Below, in pieces: positions 27,367 to 35,388 of a stretch of DNA of 61,943 nt. The stretch is from Myxococcota bacterium (GTDB lineage: Bacteria > Myxococcota > UBA727 > JAHDBA01). Numbering within the stretch: position 1 is the stretch's first letter; every line of letters begins with the position of its first letter. The notes beneath the pieces were generated by a model, which saw only the letters and a program-made list of their open reading frames with translations, searched no databases and was not told where the DNA came from. The translations under genes were made by a program, and so were the position numbers. The stretch lies in NCBI GenBank assembly GCA_020627505.1, contig JAHDGS010000004.1, positions 1 through 61,943 on the forward strand. Direction: 5' to 3'.

Positions 27367-27999
27367 CTAAAATCGCATATCTAAACCGACTTGAACCGGC
27401 CATTGAAGTGCAATGGTCGGAAATACAATCAACCCTGGATAAATGTCAGCAGTCAAGCTGAGAGTGTCAGATAGCGGCAAATCAACGCCAATGTCGACAT
27501 GTACAGCAGCCGAAAAAGTCGAGTCACTATAAGGATCGATGAGACCCAGCGCCCAAATATTGATATCATCCCCCAAACCATCAATGCCGAGGGCATAATT
27601 CAATCCCACGCCAAAGTGCAGTCGAGATTCTTCATTGTTGCCATCTCCAAAAATCAGGGTACTGTAACCACCAATACCGCCTGGGTACCATCCGAGCTGT
27701 GTTTTAAAGGCGTTGTCCTCGAGTGGTATTTGAAGGCTGAGACCATATAAAGAACCAACCGACAAACCAACTCTAAGACCATCCTCTGGCGCTTCAGCTA
27801 TTTCTTGTATTTCATCATCACTACCATCTACGGGTACATCAGCATCAGATGGGTTTATTTGCGGCTCTTCTTCAGAGACGGAGGTATCGTCAAGTAAGGC
27901 ACTTAAGTCATCATCAGGTGCCATCGGATCTTCTTGGGCGAATACCGATGAGGTACAGGTTATGAATAGCAAAAATGGTAACAAGCGATGAATGAACAT
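27367..27999 (-). CDS. small putative outer-membrane beta-barrel protein
   Basis: I chose the ATG at 27999 (MFIHRLLPFLLFITCTSSVFAQ) because it has a GGAGG RBS and gives a signal peptide. An acidic linker precedes beta-strand-like repeats ending in ..GLDMRF. Confidence 0.65.
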   Translation of the reverse strand: MFIHRLLPFLLFITCTSSVFAQEDPMAPDDDLSALLDDTSVSEEEPQINPSDADVPVDGSDDEIQEIAEAPEDGLRVGLSVGSLYGLSLQIPLEDNAFKTQLGWYPGGIGGYSTLIFGDGNNEESRLHFGVGLNYALGIDGLGDDINIWALGLIDPYSDSTFSAAVHVDIGVDLPLSDTLSLTADIYPGLIVFPTIALQWPVQVGLDMRF

Positions 28000-28213
28000 A
28001 AAACCTCCACAGTTCACTGTAACCTGTGTAGACAGTCTATTCAAAAAAAGTGTAATTACCCGCCAAATACATAATCGTATACCCCAAGAAGAGAAAACAC
28101 GTATGTCGCGACATCGACATGCATTGACAGGCACTAACCGACATTAGTGCCTCTTCTCGACCAGCTATCAAACGAAATTCTCCGCAGTGGTATTCATATA
28201 CAAATCTTTCGAC

Positions 28214-29065
28214 TCATAGGCAGTTTGGATCAGAAATACAGCCAAGTGATGACTCAAAAAAGTGATCGAGTGGACATTGGCATGTGGGTATTGGATTGAG
28301 CGGTAAATTATCTTTTTCTCGGCCAGGAATCACCCTTAACTCGCCACAATGAATCTCAAAAGATTCATTGGCGAGCTCCATCCAAAAGCCACTTGTCGTC
28401 AAACACAAGAAATGTTCGGCGGAATCTGCGCAGCCAGCTGGACATTGATCTCCGTCATAATCAGGGAGTACACCAAACGGACAATCTAAATCACCACAAA
28501 AACCAGTACAATCAAATATACAATCCTCGCCAGTTCGTGAAATCTCAGTGTCATCAGGGCATATCCATACATCTTCTGGGCATACCCCAAAACAATTAAA
28601 ATCTTCTAGACAGCCTGCAAATTCGTCAAATACATTGCCAAATCCACAATTACAGCCTGGGATCTCAGCCTCACATAGAGGGGGTAAGCCGCAGCTCCAA
28701 TGCCCACATGAATCTCCTGCAAGATACCAAGTGCCACCTGTCTCAGTACATAATAATTCTTGTTCAATAACATACACACATGTTTCACCACACCCGTCGC
28801 TATCCTCATCATTCAACATTTGACCAGGTTCACATGTTGGATCTAGACAATGGGCAGAACAATCGAATACACAACTTGAGCCTTGCCCGATCACTTCAGT
28901 CCCATCAGGACAAACAACTGACTCAGAACAATCAGTTATATTATCATCGTCTTCCATATCATCTTCGACAGGGTTGTAACCAACATTGGTCGTACGCTTG
29001 CAGTCTGACTGAGCGCCGACCAAAAAACATGAAGCAGCAATAATTATGTATAATTTATATCGCAT
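28214..29065 (-). CDS. secreted cysteine-rich protein made of two ~115-aa repeats
   Basis: Signal peptide from the ATG at 29065 (MRYKLYIIIAASCFLVGAQS). Two homologous halves, each CPD(G/D)TE..C(V/I)FDC..C.D..C ... LC..T.G.W ... C.C ... GC..D.NC. About 40 Cys in total. It overlaps the upstream anti-sigma-like gene. Confidence 0.7.
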   Translation of the reverse strand: MRYKLYIIIAASCFLVGAQSDCKRTTNVGYNPVEDDMEDDDNITDCSESVVCPDGTEVIGQGSSCVFDCSAHCLDPTCEPGQMLNDEDSDGCGETCVYVIEQELLCTETGGTWYLAGDSCGHWSCGLPPLCEAEIPGCNCGFGNVFDEFAGCLEDFNCFGVCPEDVWICPDDTEISRTGEDCIFDCTGFCGDLDCPFGVLPDYDGDQCPAGCADSAEHFLCLTTSGFWMELANESFEIHCGELRVIPGREKDNLPLNPIPTCQCPLDHFFESSLGCISDPNCL

Positions 29066-30008
29066 CCTGAGATACATGTTCACATGCATGGCCTTTTTTC
29101 GCAAAGGACACACCGACCTTGTTGAGACGTTGCATGATTTCAAGACACTGCTCAACACGAGAAGCTGCTTTCAAAACTTCTAATACGATATGCTGTTGTC
29201 GACGACCAGATTGTTCTGCTTTTAGAAGCAATAAACCATAACTTATAATATCCTTCGAAAATTGACGATGCAAAGCAATATCAAATAGATATACCAACGC
29301 CTCTTTATAAAGCGGGCCACGTTCATATGTTGATCGGTATTCCAAAAATAGAAGTTCAGCTTGAGCATACTGCTTCTTGCTAAAGAGTAACGCGCCTCTA
29401 TCAAATAAAGAAATCCCATCTTCTTGATTGGGTTCACTCAACTGCGCAGACGATGATATTGGAATATCTGATTCAACACGTTCAGCTTTCTCTTTCTTGT
29501 CACCAAAACGACGCTTTCTGGATTCTCTTCTCTTGTGCTTCGTATCTTTTTGTTTGGTACGTTGCTCTTTAGCAGTTGACGTGACATCTGTATTATTTTT
29601 CAAGTCGCCATCAACTGTATCTTCTTGAAGATCATCCTCAATATGCATAACAATCGATGGATCTCCCTTATCTTTCTCTTGCAGGACAACAACACGATCA
29701 ACAGCTGTGCGCTTATCTTGAGTGCTGTTTTGATGAGCGTGTAGCCACCATCCGCCGGCAACGCCAATACATATGCCTGAGAGCGCGACAACACCCGCAA
29801 GTGTTATCGTCGATGTTTTCGAGATCCAAGCTGTGACTGTCTGTATGGGGGATGAAGATGCCTGAGAGATATCTATGGCCGATGCCTGGGGCACATCGAA
29901 GATTCCTGCGAGGCGACTTTCAATTTTGGCAAGGTCTAGACGTGCATAATCTGCCTCTAACCCTTTTCGGATATCATCTCGGCCTTCCAATATGGGTCGG
30001 TTACTCAT
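29055..30008 (-). CDS. putative anti-sigma factor (single-pass membrane protein)
   Basis: It overlaps the ECF sigma gene by 8 nt. ~75-aa cytoplasmic N-terminus, one TM helix (ITLAGVVALSGICIGVAGGWWL), a Lys/Glu/Asp-rich linker and a helical C-terminal domain. No H-x3-C-x2-C zinc motif. The call rests on position and topology only. Confidence 0.55.
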   Translation of the reverse strand: MSNRPILEGRDDIRKGLEADYARLDLAKIESRLAGIFDVPQASAIDISQASSSPIQTVTAWISKTSTITLAGVVALSGICIGVAGGWWLHAHQNSTQDKRTAVDRVVVLQEKDKGDPSIVMHIEDDLQEDTVDGDLKNNTDVTSTAKEQRTKQKDTKHKRRESRKRRFGDKKEKAERVESDIPISSSAQLSEPNQEDGISLFDRGALLFSKKQYAQAELLFLEYRSTYERGPLYKEALVYLFDIALHRQFSKDIISYGLLLLKAEQSGRRQQHIVLEVLKAASRVEQCLEIMQRLNKVGVSFAKKGHACEHVSQDAI

Positions 30009-30546
30009 ACAACCTCCCTGTCATCGACTCAGCGACCAAACGTTCATAAATTTCTCTAAACTTAATTCGGCTCGTTCGAATTCGGCTACTGATTGTATTT
30101 TGTGAAGTTTCAGTCATTTCAGCAATCTCGCGCGCAGAGAACCCCTGTACATCCGATAGCCATAACAATTCTCGATACATTTCATCAAGCTGATTCAGAA
30201 CAACTCGAACAAGATTTTTTTCAGCATCATGTGTTTGGCTATTGGGATCGATTCGCTGCTCGAGTTCATCTGATGCATACGTTTGCCGACGCTGCCGCTT
30301 ACGGACATGATTCATCACAAGATTATGTGCAATGCCATATAGCCAAGGCTGAATTGGCTTGTTGGGATCCCATGTATCAAATCTTTTTGATGCCACTATA
30401 AATACCTCATGGAGCAATTCTTCTCCATCATCTGCCGAACGCACATGAAAACAAATGTATGCAGACAAGGGCTTCGCGTAACTGCGATATGCCTCTCGGA
30501 GCGTATGCGCTTTGAACGCCTTCGGATTGGTCTCACCTGCTTTCAT
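30001..30546 (-). CDS. ECF-type RNA polymerase sigma-70 factor
   Basis: Region 2 (LLHEVFIVASKRFDTWDPNKPIQPWLYGIAHNLVMNHVRKRQRR). Region 4 HTH (LSDVQGFSAREIAEMTETSQNTISSRIRTSRIKF). Confidence 0.9.
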   Translation of the reverse strand: MKAGETNPKAFKAHTLREAYRSYAKPLSAYICFHVRSADDGEELLHEVFIVASKRFDTWDPNKPIQPWLYGIAHNLVMNHVRKRQRRQTYASDELEQRIDPNSQTHDAEKNLVRVVLNQLDEMYRELLWLSDVQGFSAREIAEMTETSQNTISSRIRTSRIKFREIYERLVAESMTGRLYE

Positions 30547-30601
30547 GTCGTTCGTGGACTACTATATATACTTGTCGTGACATTCGATAATTTGTGAACA
30601 C

Positions 30602-31534
30602 TTAAAAAATAAGTGAAACAAACCCGATCAAATGTCCTTGCTCGGGGCCATAAGTCACTTGATTTGCTATAATTTCTTCAGGAGGCACGGGTAAGCCGAA
30701 TAAGATCCCAATTCCTATCCTATGAGATATACGCCACATCATCTCTGCGTCTACCTGGAAAAGAAAGCCTTGACTCGTTTGTGAAACGGCCAAATTTAAG
30801 CCGGCCGTTTGTGCCAACCCCGCACGCGGCGAAAGTGAAATGATCGTGTCGTAAGCTTTAAACATTGAAAAATTGAGCAAAATAGCAAGATGCGCTGTCG
30901 CCATCCAACGCCTGATCTCATCGCCACCGAGTTGTATTTGTGGATTGAGTTGAAATTGTAGCCCCGTGGCCATCCCAATATGCACCCGCTTATGTCCTTG
31001 AGGAAACACACCCCATTCTCCTGAAATCATATACGTCGGTGTGTCAAAACCAAGTGTTCCGCCACCACCAACCTTCAGCCGATAGAAAGATAAAGATGAA
31101 TTGAGACAGCTTTCTCCCGTTCTCCCAAGCGGACAACCACCTCTTTTTTGGGGCATTTTCTTCTGTTTAATTGTGATTTCTTTTTTTGTCGCAATTTTCA
31201 TCTCACCTGTTGTGTGAAGTTGTCGACGTGTTCGGACAAGCCAATGCCTGAAAGCCAACTCTCGCGCTCTACACGAACCATCACTCGGAGAAAGTTTTTT
31301 TTGATACTCTTCTCCCCCAACTTGAACACGTAATTCGATGTCACCTTGCTCTATATCAATATGAATTTTTTCGTTTCTTTGTCGATTGGCCTCGATCACT
31401 GTTTTGATATGTGCCGCACAGGCCGACACATCGTTCGCATAAGCGCCTTGACTTACATTGAATACCAAACAACAGAAGATGCATAATGTCATCGACTGAA
31501 GAGACGTTTTCAGGCGAAGGAATAGAGGTATCAT
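30602..31534 (-). CDS. hypothetical secreted protein, beta-barrel-like C-terminal half
   Basis: Signal peptide (LCIFCCLVFNVSQGAYA). The C-terminal half is rich in alternating hydrophobic strands and ends in ..FVSLIF. The start overlaps the PhyH gene stop by 4 nt (ATGA). Confidence 0.6.
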   Translation of the reverse strand: MIPLFLRLKTSLQSMTLCIFCCLVFNVSQGAYANDVSACAAHIKTVIEANRQRNEKIHIDIEQGDIELRVQVGGEEYQKKLSPSDGSCRARELAFRHWLVRTRRQLHTTGEMKIATKKEITIKQKKMPQKRGGCPLGRTGESCLNSSLSFYRLKVGGGGTLGFDTPTYMISGEWGVFPQGHKRVHIGMATGLQFQLNPQIQLGGDEIRRWMATAHLAILLNFSMFKAYDTIISLSPRAGLAQTAGLNLAVSQTSQGFLFQVDAEMMWRISHRIGIGILFGLPVPPEEIIANQVTYGPEQGHLIGFVSLIF

Positions 31535-32397
31535 CTAATGGCAGATGATGTACGTAGCCGTAATCTTTGCATCGCCCGACGAACACCAAATTGGAGTAGT
31601 GATAGATAATGATATTGAGGCGTCGTACTATGCTCATTCTTCGGCTCCCGCGGCCCTGATTGTAAGGGCAAGAACATCGAACGGCGAACACTCGATTCTC
31701 CTTTAAATGTCGAACGCTCAACCCGGTGCCACAAGCGACCATCGTGAACAGTTAGATCGCCAGCCTTCGTTTCAACTGCGATCTCATCTGGATCTGTCGA
31801 GTGTGAAATAAAGTAAGGCTTATAAAAGAAAAAGTCTTTGAATGCCTGCTTGTGCGTACCCGGTATTAATCGCAAACCACCTTGTTCTTTTGGACAATCC
31901 GTTAAATGAAAACCGAAGTTCAACATAGGCTGCGGCATTCGGCCATAGAATAGACATCGCAATGCATCTGTGTGCCAACCAAGGCGCGGGCGGCCCGCCC
32001 CTTTTTCGTTCGCGTATCGATTGATGACGACACCATCTTTCTCATCGTGCCCAATTCGAGCATCTTCAGCAACCAAAGGCAAAAGAACTTGAAAGCGCTC
32101 GTGCACAACGATGTTCTTGATCTCCTCAGACAACATTGTTGTGAATGGAATACGGAATAGTGCTTCACGACCATCTTCTCGTAATCCTCTATATACCGGG
32201 ACGCCGTTAATTCGATCACGTTTTGAGTCAAGTAGTTCTTGTTCGACACGATCGACTTCAGATAAGATTGTGTCGACTTCAGTTTTCGACAACACGTTTT
32301 CGAAATGCAAAAAGCCATATGTTTCTAAAAACAATTGTTGTGCTTCAGAAATTTCTGAGCGAAGCTCAAACTTCGTTGTGATGGGAAGGATTGTCAT
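31531..32397 (-). CDS. phytanoyl-CoA dioxygenase (PhyH) family Fe(II)/2-oxoglutarate oxygenase
   Basis: H-x-D ... H facial triad context (LGWHTDA ... TVHDGRLWHRVERS). Size and layout are typical of the PhyH family. Confidence 0.8.
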   Translation of the reverse strand: MTILPITTKFELRSEISEAQQLFLETYGFLHFENVLSKTEVDTILSEVDRVEQELLDSKRDRINGVPVYRGLREDGREALFRIPFTTMLSEEIKNIVVHERFQVLLPLVAEDARIGHDEKDGVVINRYANEKGAGRPRLGWHTDALRCLFYGRMPQPMLNFGFHLTDCPKEQGGLRLIPGTHKQAFKDFFFYKPYFISHSTDPDEIAVETKAGDLTVHDGRLWHRVERSTFKGESSVRRSMFLPLQSGPREPKNEHSTTPQYHYLSLLQFGVRRAMQRLRLRTSSAIR

Positions 32398-32419
32398 ATA
32401 TTCAACTCTAGTCAGCCCA

Positions 32420-32977
32420 CTATCGATGGTTATATGGCTGGAAACGTTCCAAAATAAAGTATGTTGGTGACTGTTTAATTGGAAGTCCTGTCATGAATGC
32501 TTGGCCAAGAAGGACATCTGGATTATTTGGGTCTGGTTGAACCAAGAAGTCCTTCAAGCCCTTACCTGTGAGTAGGGTATTCCGTTCAGGATCATAATCA
32601 ATAAATAATCCATGGGCACAATAATCTTTCGCACCTACCTCTCCTGGATCGCGGACTTGGTAATAGCCTACTTTTCCGACGCCAACACCACCCGGTCCTG
32701 GTCGACAAACCCATGGATCTTTCAAGCCGCCTCGCGTGACTTGCAGGTTAACCCCACTCCGTTGTCCACCTAAATCTTGATCTTCATAAAATACTTTGAT
32801 GAAACGAATGTTGGATAACATCCACATAATACCGTGCGCTAAAGCAGGCAAACGATTGTAACCGCGAAACTCCCAACCCTTGATACTATCCCATGTCGGT
32901 GCAGCACTATTGGCATGTATCTCCGACAACTCTTTGAGCGATTTCGTAGCTAAGTCTTCAAATTGATATGAGCTCAT
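32420..32977 (-). CDS. hypothetical protein (very tentatively DUF4334/GXWXG-like)
   Basis: 185-aa ORF with no signal peptide. The C-terminal ..GLFIDYD..LLGQAF..YFILERF vaguely recalls DUF4334 proteins. Not verifiable here. Confidence 0.6.
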   Translation of the reverse strand: MSSYQFEDLATKSLKELSEIHANSAAPTWDSIKGWEFRGYNRLPALAHGIMWMLSNIRFIKVFYEDQDLGGQRSGVNLQVTRGGLKDPWVCRPGPGGVGVGKVGYYQVRDPGEVGAKDYCAHGLFIDYDPERNTLLTGKGLKDFLVQPDPNNPDVLLGQAFMTGLPIKQSPTYFILERFQPYNHR

Positions 32978-33045
32978 GCGTCATCATGACGTATGCGAGC
33001 GGGATTTGTAAAGTCGATCGGCGACCAAAAAGTGGTCAAATAATG

Positions 33046-33336
33046 TTAAGCGTAGTCTTTCATCACTTTCTCAATACCACTTTTCATGCCTTCTTCAATA
33101 CGACCTTTGAGCATGCGCGCCGCCAAGCCAAGTTTGACGCTGACCTCAACATTTTCTTCGCGTACCTCAATTGTGCCTTTTGCTGGTCCAGATAGGTTGA
33201 TCGTGTCGCCATCCCATTGAAACTCTATTTTGAATTTCTTGAGCTGTTCGCCGTACTTATCAGCATATTCTTGAATGATTTCACGGGCTTTTTCTTTGCC
33301 AAATGAATGTTCTTTTTTAAAATGAATCTCAGACAT
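33046..33336 (-). CDS. polyhydroxyalkanoic acid system family protein (PHA_gran_rgn-like)
   Basis: From the ATG at 33336 (GGGGGA RBS) the product is 96 aa: MSEIHFKKEHSFGKEKAREIIQEYADKYGEQLKKFKIEFQWDGDTINLSGPAKGTIEVREENVEVSVKLGLAARMLKGRIEEGMKSGIEKVM. This matches my memory of the small PHA-system protein family in length and order of motifs. Confidence 0.65.
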   Translation of the reverse strand: MSEIHFKKEHSFGKEKAREIIQEYADKYGEQLKKFKIEFQWDGDTINLSGPAKGTIEVREENVEVSVKLGLAARMLKGRIEEGMKSGIEKVMKDYA

Positions 33337-33402
33337 GAATCCCCCTATTGCGATCTTCATCATATCCCATACGATCAACACAACCAATTTATTCACGTAA
33401 AA

Positions 33403-34170
33403 ATGTCAAAATCCGAACGTCCTAAAAAGCAGCGCATCGACCAACTTCTAGTTGATCGCGGCCTCGTCGAATCAAGAACCAAAGCGAAAGCACATGTCAT
33501 GGCGGGATTGGTTGTCGTCAATGATATGCGGGTTGATAAACCTGGTACGCAGGTGAAAGCCGATGCTCATATACGTGTTAAAGGTTCTGCTTTTCCAGAT
33601 GTCTCACGCGCAGGTCTCAAACTACGTGGCGCTATTGAACAATGGCCTTTTGAGGTCAACAATCATATCTGCCTTGATATTGGTGCATGTACAGGTGGCT
33701 TTACCGATGTCCTTCTTAAGTATGGCGCCCAGAAAGTTTTTGCCGTCGACGTTGGACATAACCAATTACATTGGTCACTCAGAACCCATCCACAGGTGGT
33801 TAATCTCGAAAAAACACACATCGTACACATGCCTATCGGCACCCTTTCCGAGCAGCCAACCCGTGTGGTATGTGATGTGAGTTTTATCTCGCTGACACGT
33901 GTCATACCGGCCGTCTTAAAACATCTTGCCGATGAGACGGAACTCGTCTTATTGATCAAACCACAATTTGAGGCGGAACGTCATGAAGTCGGTAAAGGTG
34001 GTATCATTCGAGATGACAGCCTAAGAAAAAACATCCGCGATCGGGTTTTTACTGCATTAGGTGACGAAAGCCTGCAACTTATCGAAGCAATCCCCTCGCC
34101 GATTACCGGAACCGAGGGGAATATCGAGTACATCAGTTACTGGCGATATCAGCGACTAAACAATCCTTGA
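33403..34170 (+). CDS. tlyA: TlyA family rRNA (cytidine-2'-O)-methyltransferase
   Basis: From the ATG at 33403: S4-like N-terminus (RIDQLLVDRGLVESRTKAKAHVMAGLVVVN), VSRAGLKL, SAM loop DIGACTGGFTD, and DVSFISL. Confidence 0.9.
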   Translation: MSKSERPKKQRIDQLLVDRGLVESRTKAKAHVMAGLVVVNDMRVDKPGTQVKADAHIRVKGSAFPDVSRAGLKLRGAIEQWPFEVNNHICLDIGACTGGFTDVLLKYGAQKVFAVDVGHNQLHWSLRTHPQVVNLEKTHIVHMPIGTLSEQPTRVVCDVSFISLTRVIPAVLKHLADETELVLLIKPQFEAERHEVGKGGIIRDDSLRKNIRDRVFTALGDESLQLIEAIPSPITGTEGNIEYISYWRYQRLNNP

Positions 34171-34557
34171 CGCATGCTGGTAGACAGGCTGTTGAAGGGC
34201 GATATGTCCCTCTACATCATAAACAGTTACGACACCTGGTCCTTGGTTAAACATCATATCGATGACTGCTAGATTAACAAACGCTTTGGTCTCGCCTTCA
34301 AGTTTGATTTCATAGAAGTCATTATTCAATATTGGTTCTTCTGAGCCGAGAAAGAAGTCGGCAGGAGATGGGTCTGGATTGACATCATATTGTTCGCATA
34401 AAGTATTTTTGACTTCGATGCTCTGCTCGAACATATCTTTTTGAACTTTAGATAACTTAACTTGATTGACCTCGAAACCTGCTTTCTGAAGCAAATTCAA
34501 TGCAAAACCACGCTGTTTCGGCTTATAGCCGACTTCTAATATATCTTTGAGGGACAT
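34156..34557 (-). CDS. hypothetical protein
   Basis: 133-aa ORF with no signal peptide or recognised motif. Its 3' end overlaps the convergent tlyA by 15 nt. Confidence 0.55.
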   Translation of the reverse strand: MSLKDILEVGYKPKQRGFALNLLQKAGFEVNQVKLSKVQKDMFEQSIEVKNTLCEQYDVNPDPSPADFFLGSEEPILNNDFYEIKLEGETKAFVNLAVIDMMFNQGPGVVTVYDVEGHIALQQPVYQHASRIV

Positions 34558-34639
34558 TGAGACTCCTATATTTTATTTAATTAATTATTATTCGATTATG
34601 CATAGAACCGTATTCGTATTTTGGCTGGATCTTTTAATT

Positions 34640-34666
34640 AAAAATAGCCTGAACGACACAGGCTAT
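34640..34666 (-). terminator. Rho-independent terminator after 34690..35190
   Basis: 8-bp stem ATAGCCTG / CAGGCTAT with a 7-nt loop. On the minus strand it is followed by a T5 run. Confidence 0.7.
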
Positions 34667-34689
34667 ATCAATGGTTTATTCAGTCACCC

Positions 34690-35190
34690 CTAAAGATTGG
34701 ATAGAACGATATCAAATGTACACCCATCGAGGCTATCAGCGAAATCAACATAACCGAGCCCTTTTGATAGCGGGCCTGATTGCGAGCCTTCAGCACCTTG
34801 AATATCAAGACATGAAATATCGCCTTCAAATCCGTCAACACATGCTGAAGCGTATAAACATACACGAGACGTCGAATCATCGAATGGAACAAAGACACCA
34901 GACACATCATTTAAACCAACTCGTTGAACTAAAAACTCACCCATGTCCGAGAACTCAAAATCAGCGCTTGTTAAATAGACTCGGTATTCGGACGCACTAT
35001 CAACATCGGTCGCCCCAAAAAATAAATAGCCTGCCTGGCTATCGGTCTCTTCAACAGCAAAAAATGAATCTTCTAACTGCTCGACTGATGTTGATTGCCC
35101 CGAAATATTATCATTGATGCCCTCAGAACCACACGCTGAAATCAGCCCAAGCAATGTCAAAATAAAACCAGAAACCAAATACTTTTTCAT
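34690..35190 (-). CDS. hypothetical acidic lipoprotein
   Basis: Canonical lipoprotein signal MKKYLVSGFILTLLGLISAC. I preferred it over the overlapping + strand ORF 34671..35117, which is His/Gln/Arg-rich junk. Confidence 0.7.
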   Translation of the reverse strand: MKKYLVSGFILTLLGLISACGSEGINDNISGQSTSVEQLEDSFFAVEETDSQAGYLFFGATDVDSASEYRVYLTSADFEFSDMGEFLVQRVGLNDVSGVFVPFDDSTSRVCLYASACVDGFEGDISCLDIQGAEGSQSGPLSKGLGYVDFADSLDGCTFDIVLSNL

Positions 35191-35388
35191 ATGTACCTCT
35201 TCGATGATTATACGAACCGCCGATGATATACGTCAAAGATTCGGTTTATGAACGACTCATATTAAGACAAAGCCCGCCAGAAAGACGGGCTTTGAATATT
35301 CATTGGCTAAGGGACACTTAAAATGAGTACAGCAGACAAATCTAACTGGCACGTTTCTTGTCGACCGTACCTGCCCCCTAAGTCAAGG

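Noticed and set aside
27999-28134. The N-terminal 45 codons of track ORF 27367..28134 (and similarly 29066..29158, 33337..33396, 33307..33402, 45362..45391).
   Set aside because: These upstream extensions lack RBSs and add non-signal, Cys/Arg-rich junk. Internal ATGs with RBSs give proper signal peptides or family-typical N-termini.
30547-30601. An attempt to find an ECF-type (GGAAC-N16-CGT-like) promoter in front of the sigma gene.
   Set aside because: No convincing match in the 55-nt gap. The sigma gene is probably co-transcribed with upstream genes, so no promoter is reported.
34671-35117. 148-aa + strand ORF overlapping the lipoprotein gene 34690..35190.
   Set aside because: Its His/Gln/Arg-rich composition is implausible. 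The minus-strand ORF has a textbook lipoprotein signal (LLGLISAC) and its own terminator.
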